A stretch of 64,000 nt of DNA from Negaprion brevirostris. Taxonomy: Eukaryota. Both the position numbers and the translations under genes were made by a program. The notes under the pieces were generated by a model that saw only the letters and a list, made by a program, of their open reading frames with translations, did not search any database and was not told the DNA's origin. Location of the stretch: contig JARDVH010000031.1 of NCBI GenBank assembly GCA_030324005.1, positions 53,735,314 through 53,799,313 on the forward strand. Direction: 5' to 3'. This document shows, one piece after another, positions 1 through 11,616 of the stretch; position 1 is the first letter of the stretch, and every line of letters starts with the position of its first letter.

Positions 1-57
1 CAGACCTCCAATCAGAAAAAGACCCCTCCATTGCTACCGTTTGTCTTCTATGGCCAA
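1..57 (-). mobile_element. CR1 LINE RT fragment
   Basis: Reverse strand resembles the CR1 'RxQRVVVEG..S.W' segment and abuts a Penelope terminus remnant (59-81). Confidence 0.4.
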
Positions 58-1388
58 GTAAGGAGTCTCACAACACCAGGAACCTCAAGATGCTCAATTT
101 AAACAGAAGTATTAAGGAGAAAGAAACTTGAAATTGGTAGAACAAGACCCAAGAATGTGGGAGAGTGACAGTTGCTTGCAATTAACATTTTAAAGGAGAT
201 GCAGATGTAATCCTCATTCCCACTGAATTACTGTATGCTGAATAGTTAGAACCTTCATTTTGCTAATGGAGTATGGGAAATGCATTTATGATAAATTAAT
301 AAATACATCTTGTTTATGGATTGCAATTTAGGAGATTTTGTATACATTTGCTTTGGTATTTATGCTACCTTATCTGACTAAAGAAGGAAACCCTAAAAAA
401 ACAGAAACACAGAAGGTAATGTCACTATGTGACTACATTTCTTAGTAAACAAATTAGTAAGATTGAGAAAGAAGCCCGTGAAAATCAAAAGGTAGCCCTT
501 AAGAAATTCTCAAGAAAAACGCTTGAAAAAAGTAGTTTGGCTCTCTCGTAGATTGCAAAGGCTATCTACTCCCATGGCTTTTGCAGCACCTGTTTGCTGG
601 ACCTCCTGCTCCCTAGTGGATAGAGGACTTTGTTCCTCCTCTCTATCGATTGCACCTGAACCCCTAGTGTTGTTTCAGAGAAATTTGGAACATGCTGTCT
701 CCCCTTTTGCACCATGGACATGGTTCTTGCAGATCAGACATTCTTCTCCAGCCACTGCTGCAATATGAATATCATCCACTTTCAGCTTGGCTTTCAGTGG
801 CACTAGTCTCTCATAATTCTACACCTGCTATTCAGAGATGCAGGCATTCAGTAACCTGCTACACACTACGATGGTGGTAATGAGCAGGCAAGACGAAGTT
901 TGCTGCCTGTATTGGAAACAATAAAAAGGGGTTAATCACACATTGTAATCGGTTCATGTGCCTGTTTTGGCATCTTATCAAATCTTGTGGCCTGGACATT
1001 TCAGCAAATCACTGCATAAGGAAATACCTCATAACCTCTGTCCCAGTCTGTCAATTCATTGATCAGGGTTGAATTAATGGTGCCGATTCAAGTTGATTTT
1101 AGTGCCAGACTAGGAAAGGCAATTTCACCTGCGCTCCTAAACACATGTAGCAGATGACAACAGTCATGGTGGATTCCAATACCATGGTGTGCCCAGGAGC
1201 AAGGAGATCCTGCCTTGCTATATCATGTAGTATGTGGCAGTTTTAAATCTGTCTGCAGAAATCACACTCAGCTTGCGTCACCCAAACTAATTCAAAACAT
1301 AATGCCTTTGGTCTGTGAAAACTTGGGAACAGACCAGAAAAAGATTGCTTGCGGATTCCACAATTTTTGCACTGCGGTTTAACTCAGT

Positions 1389-1690
1389 ACAGTGGCGCAG
1401 TGGTTAGCAGTACTGCCTCACAGCTCTAGGGACCTAGGTTCGATTCCTGGCTTGGCTCACTCTCTGTGCGGAGTCTGCACATTCTCCCCATTTCTGTGTG
1501 GGTTTCCTCTGGGTGCTCCGGTTTCCTCCCACAGTCTGTAAGATGTGCTAGTTAGGTATATTGGCCAAGCTAAATACTCCCTCAGTGTACCCGAACAGAC
1601 ACAGGAGTGAGGCAACGAGGGGAATTTCACAGTAATTTCATTGCAGTGTTAATGTAAGCCTACTTGTGACACTAATAAATAAACTTTAAA
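1389..1690 (+). mobile_element. tRNA-derived V-SINE (tail type ...gtaagcctacttgtgacactaataaataaac)
   Basis: A-box GTGGCGCAGTGG, B-box GGTTCGATTCC, V-domain gggtttcctctgggtgctccggtttcctcccacagtc. Homologous copies at 36498-36800 and 41970-42212. Confidence 0.85.
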
Positions 1691-1837
1691 CTTTTGTTTT
1701 CTGGGATCTATTGGGAACCATTTGGTCAGCTATCTAGTTTGAATTTGGCCCTCTTCCAGTGTGAAGGACAGCTCACATGGTCATAATGTGAAGATGCTGG
1801 TGTTGGACTGGGGTAAACACAGTAAGAAGTCTCACAA

Positions 1838-1872
1838 CACTGATGAAGGAGCAATGCTCCGAAAGCTAGTGG
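1838..1872 (+). ncRNA. Minimal type I hammerhead ribozyme motif, copy 1
   Basis: CTGATGA-a-GGAGC-aat-GCTCC-GAAA-GC-TA: core boxes, 5-bp stem II, palindromic AGCT stem III and a CUA triplet. Confidence 0.7.
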
Positions 1873-1924
1873 CGTTTGCTGCCCAATAAACCTATTGGAC
1901 TTTAACCTGGTGTTGTGAGACTTC

Positions 1925-1960
1925 TCACCTGACGAAGGAGCAGTGCTCCGAAAGCTGTGG
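1925..1960 (+). ncRNA. Minimal type I hammerhead ribozyme motif, copy 2
   Basis: cac-CTGACGA-a-GGAGC-agt-GCTCC-GAAA-GCT-gtg. Core is intact but the H17 cleavage nucleotide appears missing. Confidence 0.65.
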
Positions 1961-2220
1961 GATTTTAACCTGGTGTTGTGAGACTTCTTACACATGCTCA
2001 AAGCCAGCTGTGAATGACTGGAAACTCTACACCATTCTGACAGTTGCCAGTGAAGGTCTGTGTAAAATATCAGGCGGAATCTTCCCAAATAAAATTGTGT
2101 CGTAAAAGTCTGAAAACCAGTGTGGAACACACTGGTCTTTCGCGTGAGCTCGGCACTGCAGTCTTCCCAAGGCTTGTCAGTTTTTCTGACAGCTGGGAAC
2201 TTTGTGCCAGTAGTGGGGCT

Positions 2221-2533
2221 GTAAGAAGCCTCACAACACCAGGTTAAAATCTAACAGGTTTGTTTTATTAGCATGAGCTTTTGGAGTGCTGCCCCTTCAT
2301 CGGGTGAGTGGAGGATTTGGTTCATAAACGGCATATATAGGCACAAACACAATTACACGATAATGGTTAGAATGCAAGTCTTTACAGGTACAGACATTGC
2401 GAGTAGAGAGAGGGTTAAATACGGATTAAAGAGGTGTGAAGTGTCTCAAGCCAGGACAGTTAGTGAGATTTTACAAGCCCAGACAAGTCGTGGGGGTTAC
2501 AGATAGTGTGACATGAACCCAAGATCCCGGTTG
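2221..2533 (-). mobile_element. Penelope-like element 3' end (GIY-YIG C-terminus plus pLTR)
   Basis: Minus strand encodes NRDLGFMSHYL*, followed by a pLTR with a degenerate hammerhead (CCGATGAAGGGGC-agc-ACTCC-AAAAGCTC) and the same terminus as 1822-1991. Confidence 0.8.
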
Positions 2534-3860
2534 ATGTCAAGAGGCCACTAGCTACATGGTACATACTTTTGCGATTTGGCCAATGCTGCAAGANNNNNNN
2601 NNNNNNNNNNNNNNNNNNNNNNNNNNNNNNNNNNNNNNNNNNNNNNNNNNNNNNNNNNNNNNNNNNNNNNNNNNNNNNNNNNNNNNNNNNNNNGAAATGA
2701 CATAGAATCTCAATTTACCTAGTTAAGTACCTTTCATCTGAAGCAAGCATATGTGCTGCTCTCACATTTACAGATGTGATTGAAAATTGCTTCATGTGTA
2801 TGTTGGGCACTGCTGATCAGCCAAGGTACCTTTTCCATTACTATCAACTGCTGGCTACCCATTATCCTGGCAAATTGATGCTGGTAATTTTGCGATCCTG
2901 AAGTTGAGGCATGAACATATGGCTCATGTTCAAAGATGAAATGTACGCAAACAATAATTATTGTGCCAGGTTCCATTTGTTGTACTAAGAAAATACTGCA
3001 TGTAATTTACGTAATTAATCAAAAATTAATTTGGCAATTCCTTCACCAGTTCTGATGTGTGATGAAACTAAAGGCAAGATTCTCTGACTTCAGTGTTTCT
3101 CTTGGCGCTCGTTCGCAGGTGGCGAGATTTTCTGAATGAGCCCACACCACCAGCAACTTTGGCACCTGGGGGCTGTACTCACCTGTGTGCCTCTGGCAGG
3201 GTCTGATTGGCAGGTGCACGTCATGGGGGAACCTGTTGTGATTCACGCCCATATGAAAGGACAATTAAACATGGAGAGGACTATCGGGTGTAAAGTCCTG
3301 ATATGCATAGTTTTATATATATATGCAAATATAGAACCCAACTTTTAAATCCAGGATTCCCGTTATGTTATTGACAGAGCGTGGGGACAAATGAGTGGGG
3401 ATATCCCATCAAAATCACGTAAAAGTTGTGCTGGGACTTCTCGATTTCCCTGCCCCACCCCCCTCCGCCTATGAAAATGAGAGCAGAAAATTCTCCCACT
3501 AACTTGAAGGCAAACATTTATGTATTAAATAAGGCGAATGTATTATTGTTGATCATTTCTAACTCAATGTGATTTTCAAAATGTTTTATGAATGCAGGAA
3601 CTTTACATTGGTATTTATGTGATCAATGTTTATCTAAACTGAGTAGTTAACTGTACTTGTAGGATTCAGAGCAGAATACCAACAGAATTGCTAACTTACT
3701 GATTCAAACTGTCCTCTGTGGTCTACGTGACAGATGTAGTTTACTATATTTAGTAACGTGTACAATACTGTGCCAGTTCAATGTTTCAGAAATATGACTG
3801 AAAAATACCATATAAAGGATATTTTAAAATATTTTACAATTTAAATATTTTAAATATTTT

Positions 3861-4270
3861 CCGGAATTGAGGGGGTTGAGCCGGAATTGAGGGGGTTGAG
3901 CTATGAGGAGAGGCTGAATAAACTGGGCTTGTATTCGTTAGAGTTTAGAAGGATGAGGGGAGATCTCATTGAGACGTATAAGATGATGAAAGGGATGGAT
4001 AGGGTAGAGGTNNNNNNNNNNNNNNNNNNNNNNNNNNNNNNNNNNNNNNNNNNNNNNNNNNNNNNNNNNNNNNNNNNNNNNNNNNNNNNNNNNNNNNNNN
4101 NNNNNNNNNNNTAGATAGGTTTTTGGTAGGCAAGGGGATTAAGGGTTATGGGGAGAAAGCGGGAAAGTGGAACTGAGCCACTTCAGATGAGCCATGATCT
4201 TATTGAATGGCGGGGCAGGCTCGAAGGGCTAGCTGGCCTACTGCTGCTCCTATTTCTTATGTTCTTATGT
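3861..4270 (+). mobile_element. CR1 LINE 3' end (gap inside)
   Basis: [29 protein letters not shown] is the CR1 ORF2 C-terminus. Tail ttcttatgttcttatgt; 20-bp tandem duplication at the 5' edge. Confidence 0.9.
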
Positions 4271-4399
4271 AATGTTCTTAATTGAGGATATAGAGAATAG
4301 CAAATAGTATTTAGAGTTTTGTTTGTTAAGATATGTATAGCTTTTGTAGCTACATATGTGTTAATAACATACCTTCTTTAATATTTTTATTCATTATAG

Positions 4400-4645
4400 A
4401 GATTATGGCTTATCCTACCTTTCTCTGAGAACCTGTATTGGACTTTGGACGGCTTTTCTTTGCATCGTTCTCGTTGCTACAGATGCAAGTTCACTGGTCT
4501 GCTACATCACCCGTTTCACTGAGGAAGCATTTGCTTCCCTTATTTGTCTTATTTTCATCTATGAGGCATTAGAAAAGCTGTATCACCTTGGTGAGACATA
4601 CCCATTCAATATGTATAATCACCTGGAACAGCTCACCCACTATTC
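4400..4645 (+). CDS. slc4a10: SLC4A10-like internal coding exon (TM3-TM5 region)
   Basis: ttcattatAG|a...tattc|GTAAGT, 246 nt, phase 2/2. Translates DYGLSYLSLRTCIGLWTAFLCIVLVATDASSLVCYITRFTEEAFASLICLIFIYEALEKLYHLGETYPFNMYNHLEQLTHYS, which includes the SLC4 hallmark ITRFTEEAF. Confidence 0.93.
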
Positions 4646-5039
4646 GTAAGTATATGAACAATTCCGCCTTAACAATAGAAATATAACATCATGGTGTTGT
4701 ATTGGAGATGGGGAATTTTCCCATTCCACCTGTTGTGGGAATCACAGTGGGTGTTGGGGGGTGGCCCATTTTAACTGGTGAAAAGAAATTAATAAATAAT
4801 CAGAGAAATCAACTTCCGGCGGTAATCTAACATAAATAATATTCTTTTTTAATTTATGACTGTTAAGCCATGTTGGGAAATAAATATGCTTATTTGCCTA
4901 GTTTATCAAACCAGACTATTCAGATTGATCGCTTTTTAATATCTTACTGACAGGAATCAATATAATCTAAAGGAAAGTTAGGTTGAATAACGAAACATTA
5001 TCCACTGCATGTTCAAAGCATACTACATTTCAAACTTTT

Positions 5040-5178
5040 CCCAGTTCTGATATGAGATCATCCACCCAAAATATTAGCCTGTTTCTCTCTCCACAGAGAC
5101 GGCCAGATCTGCTGTGTATTTTCAGCACTTTCTGTTTTTATTTTGGATCTCCAGCAGCTGCAGTTTTCTGCTTTTCAT
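5040..5178 (+). mobile_element. Second Penelope-type pLTR family, decayed
   Basis: ctgtttctctctccacag...ctgctgtgtattttcagcactttctgtttttatt...ccagca.ctgcagt. Related copies at 12280-12340 (-), 50298-50350 (-) and 50775-50877 (+). Confidence 0.5.
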
Positions 5179-5289
5179 TTACTAGAACTTGCCTCTCCAG
5201 CAAGCAGAAACAGCATAATCGAAGTAGATTCTATACAGGATATGTAATGATGACCAAAGGAGATAGTATAGTGCTGGCCACATTTCACT

Positions 5290-5580
5290 GTATGTTCTGA
5301 TGCAGTTCCTTGGGATCGAGGATGACTCGCATCTCCTCCAATTCGATGGATTCTGAAATGGCTGATGAGTCCAATGCACGATCTGCAGATTCTGCCACTG
5401 GTGGGGCAGGGAGTGCTTGAAGAGTTGGGGAGATGTGTTGTTGGAAGTTTGTACACTCCCTGTAATGTCTCAACTTCGCCTCTGCACATTCCTGACAATT
5501 GTGCTTAGTGTCTTCCTTGAATGAGTCTTCTCCATTTTGGTTGGTCACAAGCCATGGTCTCCTGTGAGTCGGTGAATATG
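5290..5580 (-). mobile_element. RTE-clade LINE 3' fragment
   Basis: CPTSGRICRSCIGLISHFRIH matches the C-terminal CxxC...HxxxH finger of RTE-type ORFs. Frameshifted. Confidence 0.7.
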
Positions 5581-7578
5581 AAAGAAGTTTACAGAAGGTG
5601 CCAATATACAGTGAAAGGCAAATTGTAAGAAAGCATGTAGGAGATTACAGCAGAATAGGTCAGTGGTGTGGACAGAAAGAAAGCAAATGCAGTTCTGTGC
5701 AGATAATTGGCAAGCACTATATTTTGGAAAAAGGAAATGTGGGAAAGAAAAATTGGTAGGGGATGTCCTGTGTCGATAGTCTTCTAATGGCTGACCAAAG
5801 TAAGTGTTGACACAGGCCTAGAAGTGGATCATCTACCTCTGTTAGCAGTAGAGACATATGTCAAAGTGCAGCTAACATAAAAAGACACAAGGTTGAATTA
5901 CATTTGCAGGAATACAACTGATTGTAAAAGGATTAATGAAAATTGTGTGTAAAATTAAATTGAAGCTGATGTGCCATTTTGCATACAGATATTTAGTCGC
6001 TTGGCATGAGTGGACCTAATTGTCATTAACAACGATGTAAAATTCTTCATAAAGTTATAATTTTCGGTACCACTGATATTAAAAATAGAATAACAGACTT
6101 TTGGTAACTCCGACTTGCAGGAGATACCCTGACTGTTTAATACAGTTGAAAATTCTGTGAAGTTGTTTTTGGACTTGCTGTTAGGAACAGGAAAGTGATT
6201 GAACCAAAGCAATTCAATTTATTTCTCCATATATCTCCTTGGCCCAATTGAGGCACTTAGGTGGCCACTTAAGGGCCTCATCCTGCTGCCACTGGGATTC
6301 AACAACTGCGGACAGGGAACTTGCCATCCAGGCTAGCAGACCACCAGTGGATTGTGGTCTCTTGGGCCAGGATATGGAAAGGAAACCAACTTCCTACCAT
6401 TGCTTTTGATCTTTCCTGCCCACTTTTACTGATGGCCCCTCCCTGCGGCCCCTGTCCAACCCACACTTATTGCTCTCCAGAAATCCATTAGCATCCTCTG
6501 GTGAAGACCCCATTATAGTCCTGGCAGTGACCACCGCTCCCAGGATGCTGCTGTACTGAAAAGTTGCTGGCCTCTAACTGACCAGCATCTCTTGAGTGTG
6601 AGGCCTCTGCCTTATTCAAACTGAATCTGAAAGGAGCTGCAATGCTATGCAATATGTACCTGACTGGAATGCAGTAGTGTCGGGCTTCCTGAAGAAAACA
6701 ATTAAAAATTCCCACTTGTTCTGCAACTGATGGATACAATCCTTGTCACCCATCTTGAATCCCAGCTCCCATGTACTTTTGTGCTGCCACATGAAGTAGA
6801 GCAGCAATGACCCGACTTCAGAGAAGCCCTTAATTGGCAAGCTGGGAAACCTGCACACACAGAAACAGAGAAGCCAGCCTCAATATGTATTCAAAATATC
6901 AGCTTATTTGTTAATGCAAAGAAAATGCTAGCCCCCTACCTGAGCAAAATTGCTGGCGGCAGGAACAGCAATGTTGAACTATTACGACAGCTGGCAACCC
7001 TCATTTTCAAGTCTGCCGGCCTCTGCAATTTCCCCAATTAGGCCTAAATTCTTGTCTTATGTTCTTCCCCTCGCCTGGCCAGCAAAACCCAGCTGTCCTG
7101 TTAACCACTTCCTTATTGCCACAATCCCCACCATTTCCCTGATTTTTGTGCTGACCCCACCAAACTCAGGGGCTTCCAACTGACGTGTAAGAGTTGTACT
7201 GGCAGCAGCAGTGGAAGACACAGTGATGCCCTATTTGAAGGCTATGATGGATACTTCTCCTTCCCTAGTGACTACTAAACCTCACTTTAGGTTTAGGTTT
7301 AGAGCGAAACTTGTGATAAAAGTTTTTCCACATATTCGGGGTTCTTTGACGCTTTGAATGCAGCTTCCTTATATAATGCTGCTTCTTCCTTTGCTGGCAT
7401 TGGTAGACTCTCTCTTAGTGTCATTAACACTGCTGGGAGTCTGCCATACAGAGTAAATGAGATGCAAAAGGGAAAAAAAAATAGATAAAACAACTTGGCA
7501 GTGTCAGAGCAGGAAATCATGCCCTGATTCTCTGAGAGCATATTAAGAAAAATCCAACTATTATCTCACAAAATCACA

Positions 7579-7931
7579 ATGGCTAGCATTGCTGCCTCAC
7601 AGCACCAGGGACCTGGGTTCAATTCCAGCCGTGGGTGACTGTGTGGAGTTTGCATATTCTCCTTGTGCCTGTGTGGTTTTCCTATGGGTCTTCTGGTTTT
7701 CTCCCACACTTCAAAGATGTGTAGGTTAGGTTAGGTGGATTGGTCATGCTAAATTGCCACTTAGTGTTCCAAGATGTGTAGGTTAGGGAGATTAGTGGGA
7801 TATGTGCATGGGGTTACGAGAATAGGACGGGGAGTAGGCCTGGGTAAGATTCTGTGTCAGAGAGTCAGTGCAGACCTGACAGATCAAACGGCCTCCTTCT
7901 GCATGTAGGGAACCTACGATTCTATGATTCT
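7579..7931 (+). mobile_element. HE1-type V-SINE with a CR1-like tail
   Basis: B-box GGTTCAATTCC, V-domain, tail ggcctccttctgca...gattctatgattct. Confidence 0.8.
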
Positions 7932-9766
7932 TTATCTGCAGCACATATGTAGTTATATGGCAGTGTGAGGTTGAGCAGGAGTGGGTGTCATGACGGGTCA
8001 GGAACTAGCCATGATACTGGGCTCTAATTTTTCTTTTGAAGGAGTGTGTCAGTGGATTAAATTTCTTCCTTTTATTGCTGAACATCTTGTTTTCCTTTTG
8101 GGTTTCCCACTTGTTGAAGATCATACCATACTTGGATCTCAGTAAGTGATGGAAATGAATACCTAGAATTGGCCAATGAGTTAACAGCATCATTAATTCA
8201 GAGCCGGAAACAGCTTGCAATTGGATGACACTGAAAAATTTTGTCATTGCCATTGCACTCCAGGTTGAGTCTTCTATTTTTTTTTAAAGAATTACATTCT
8301 CAACATATGGTAAGAACATATGAAATAGGAACAGGGGTTCACCATTTGATCCTTTGAGCCTGCTCCACCATTCAAATAGATGATTAATTTACAATCACAA
8401 CTCCACTTTCTTGCTGGAACCCCATGTCAGTTGATTTCCTTAGAATTTAAAAATAAGACTATAAGGTACAGGAGCGGAATTAGGCCACTTAGACATCAAT
8501 TCTACTCTGCCATTCAATCATGGCTGATGTGGCTCTCATCCCCATTCTCCTGCCTTTTCCCCATAACCCCTGATCCCCTTATTAATCAAGAACCTATGTT
8601 TTAAAGACACTCAATGACCTGGCCTCCACAGCCTTCTATGGCAAAGATTTCCACAGCTTCACCACTCTCTGGCTAAAGAAATTCCTCCTCACCTCTGTTT
8701 TAAAGGATCATCCCTTCAGCCTGAGGTTGCGCCCTGTGGTTCTAATTTTTCCTACTAGCGGAAACATCCTATCCAAGTCTACTCTACCCAGGCCTCGTAG
8801 TATGCTATAAGTTTCAATAAGATTCACCCTCATCCTCCTAAACTCCAATGAGTATGGACCCAAAGTCCTCAACCATTCCTCATATGACAAGCTCTTCATT
8901 CCAGGGATCATTCTTGTGAATCTCCTCTGGACCCTTTCCAAGGCCAGCNNNNNNNNNNNNNNNNNNNNNNNNNNNNNNNNNNNNNNNNNNNNNNNNNNNN
9001 NNNNNNNNNNNNNNNNNNNNNNNNNNNNNNNNNNNNNNNNNNNNNNNNNNNNNNNNNNNNNNNNNNNNNNNNNNNNNNNNNNNNNNNNNNNNNNNNNNNN
9101 NNNNNNNNNNNNNNNNNNNNNNNNNNNNNNNNNNNNNNNNNNNNNNNNNNNTTTGTGTGATTTCCCTTGATCTCCTAAGGATTTTCCCATTTAGAAAATA
9201 GTCTATGCCTCCATTCTTCCTTCCAAAGTGCATAACCCCAGACTTTTCCACATTGTATTCCATTTGCCACTTCTTTGCCCACTCTCCTAACCAGTCAAAG
9301 TCCTTCTGCAGCTCCCCTGCTTCCTCAATACTATCTGTCCCTCTACATATCTTTGTATCATCTGCAAGCTTAGCAACAGTGCCTTTAGTTCCTTCTTCCA
9401 AATCGTTAATGTATATTGTGAAAAGTTGTGGTCCCAGCACCAACCCCTGAGGCACACGATTAGTCATCAGCTGCCATCCTGAATAAGACCCCTTTATCCC
9501 CACTCTCTGCCGTCTGCCAGTCAGCCAATCCTCTATCCATGCCAGGATCTTACCATTAACACAATGGGCTCTTAACTTATTTAACAGTCTCCCATGCAGC
9601 ACCTTGTCAAAAGCCTTTTGGAAATCTAAATAAATTATGCCTACTGGTTCTCCTTTATCTAACTTCCTTGTNNNNNNNNNNNNNNNNNNNNNNNNNNNNN
9701 NNNNNNNNNNNNNNNNNNNNNNNNNNNNNNNNNNNNNNNNNNNNNNNNNNNNNNNNNNNNNNNNNA

Positions 9767-9960
9767 AGATGTGTATTGTTTCCAGACAGAAAAGTTAGTG
9801 AGATTTTGCAAGTCCAGGCAAGTTGTGGGGGTTACAGATAGTGTGACATGAATCCAAGATCCCGGTTGAGGCCATCCCCACGTGTGCAGAACTTGACTAT
9901 CAGTCTCCGCTCAGCCACTCTGCGCTGTCGTGTTTCATGAAGGCCACTTTGGAGAATGCT
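9767..9960 (-). mobile_element. Penelope GIY-YIG fragment inserted in the CR1
   Basis: SILQSGLHETRQRRVAERRLIVKFCTRGDGLNRDLGFMSHYL*, with high similarity to 2455-2533. Confidence 0.8.
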
Positions 9961-10982
9961 CCACCCGGTCCAGGTGATTTATCCACCTTCAGATCTTTCA
10001 GTTTCTCCAGAATGTTCTCCTTAGTGATGGCCACTACACTCTGTTCCCCCAGACTCTCCTGGAGCTCTGGCATCCCACTAGTGTCTTCCACTGTGAAGAC
10101 TGATGCAAAGTAACTATTCAATTCCTTTACCATTTGCTTCTTTCCTATTATTACTTCTCCAGCCTCATCTTCCAGTGGTCCAATGTCTATTTTTGCTTCT
10201 CTTACCTTTTATATATTGAAAAAAAACCTCTTCCTTTCTTCTTTTATATTACTAGCAAGCTTGCACTCATATATCATCACCTCCCCTGTTATTGCTTTTT
10301 TAGTTGTCCTCTGCTCATGTTTAAAGGCTTCCCAATTGTCTGGCTTCCCACTAATCCTCTCCATTTTGTATGCTTTTTGTTTTGCTTTTACGTTGTCTCA
10401 GCCATGGATGCCTCTCCTCTCCTTAGCATGTTTCCTCCTCCTTGGGATGAATTTCTATTATGCCTCCCGAATAACCCCCAAAAACTCCTGCCATTGCTGT
10501 TCCGTGGTATTCCCTGCTAGACTGCCTTTCCAATCAATTCTGGCCAGCTCCTCCCTCATGTCTTTGTAGTTATCTGTATTTAATTGTAATACTGTTACAT
10601 CTGATTCCAGCTTCTCCCCCTCAAACTGCAGGGTAAATTCTATCATATTGTGATCGCTGCTCCTTAAGGGGAGTTCCCTAATCTAGCCTGCCTCATTACA
10701 AATCACCAGATCCTGAATTGCCTGTTCCCTAGGTTCTAAGCTACTCCAAAAAACCATCTCTTAGACATTCCACAAATTCCTTTTATTGGGATCCACTATC
10801 TACCTGATTTTCCCAGTCCACCTGCTTATTGAAGTCCCTCCTGATTGTTGTAATATTGCCTTTTTTATATGCCTTTTCTACCTCCTGATTTATTTTCTGC
10901 CCCGCATCTTGACTACTGCTAGGAGGCCTGTACACAACTCCTGTCAGGGTCTTTTTACCTGTGTGATTCCTCAACTCTACAT

Positions 10983-11110
10983 AGAGCATAGAACATTACA
11001 GCACAGTACAGGCCCTTCGGCTCTCAATGTTGTGCCGAGCTATGTCCAAACCCAGGATCAAGCTATCCCACTCCCTGTAATTCTAGTGTGCTCCATGTGC
11101 CTATCCAATA
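10983..11110 (-). mobile_element. Short CR1-type 3' tail inserted in the CR1
   Basis: catagaacattacagcacagtacaggcccttcggc is the reverse of the CR1 tail type also seen at 24370-24422 and 45000-45048. Confidence 0.65.
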
Positions 11111-11436
11111 ATCTACCCACAGAGATTCTATGCCTTCTGATCCTATATCACTTCTTGCTATTGATTTAACTTAATTCCTTATTAACAATGCAATCCAGAC
11201 CGCTTTGCCCATCTGCCTGTTCTTTTGATAGGACACATCTCCTTGGATATTTACATCCCAGCCCTGATCCCCTTCCAGCCACATCTCCATGATGCCCACA
11301 ACAAGCTCATTTATCTGTATACTAAGTGAACCTTTATATACTCAATGACTGAACATCCACATTCAAAGTTTCAAAGACCCACAACCCTTTGAATGAAGAG
11401 ATTTCTCCTTATCTCAGTCTGAAATGGCTCTTGTGC

Positions 11437-11616
11437 AAAGATGTCCAAAAATGTGTGGGTTAGGTGGATTGGCCATGTAAATTGCCCCTTAGTGTCAGGG
11501 GGATTAACGAGAGCAAATGCTTCGGGTTATAGGGATAGGTCCTGAATGGGATTGTGGTTGGTGCAGACATAATGAGTTGAAAGGCCTCCTTTTGCACTGT
11601 AGGATTCTATGATTCT
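11437..11616 (+). mobile_element. HE1-type SINE, 3' half
   Basis: gggttaggtggattggccatg...ggcctccttttgcactgtaggattctatgattct. Confidence 0.7.

Larger units (their letters stand above)
1822..1991 (+). mobile_element. Penelope-like pLTR array: two tandem units flanked by an inverted terminus
   Basis: gtaagaagtctcacaacac (1822-1840) is the reverse complement of gtgttgtgagacttcttac (1973-1991). The unit tttaacctggtgttgtgagacttct occurs twice. Confidence 0.8.
8455..11305 (-). mobile_element. Long decayed CR1 LINE ORF2 (endonuclease plus RT) with nested inserts
   Basis: EN: VELRNHTGKKTLTGVVYRPP...DFN. RT: VPQGLVLGPQLFTIYINDL...LADDTK. C-terminus LERVQRRFTRMIPG. Multiple frameshifts and gaps. Confidence 0.92.

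Noticed and set aside
530-1380. Possible Gypsy integrase remnant on the minus strand
   Set aside because: Only a faint motif resemblance (SQTKGIM); not supportable without a search.
1389-1460. tRNA gene (also at other A/B-box sites)
   Set aside because: These are SINE heads that continue into a V-domain with no complete cloverleaf.
1822-1991. CRISPR-like repeat-spacer appearance
   Set aside because: Only two units, vertebrate context, no cas genes; explained as a Penelope pLTR.
5045-5078. Hammerhead in the second pLTR family
   Set aside because: Core boxes are destroyed (ctgatatga...caaaatatt), so it is not expected to fold or cleave.
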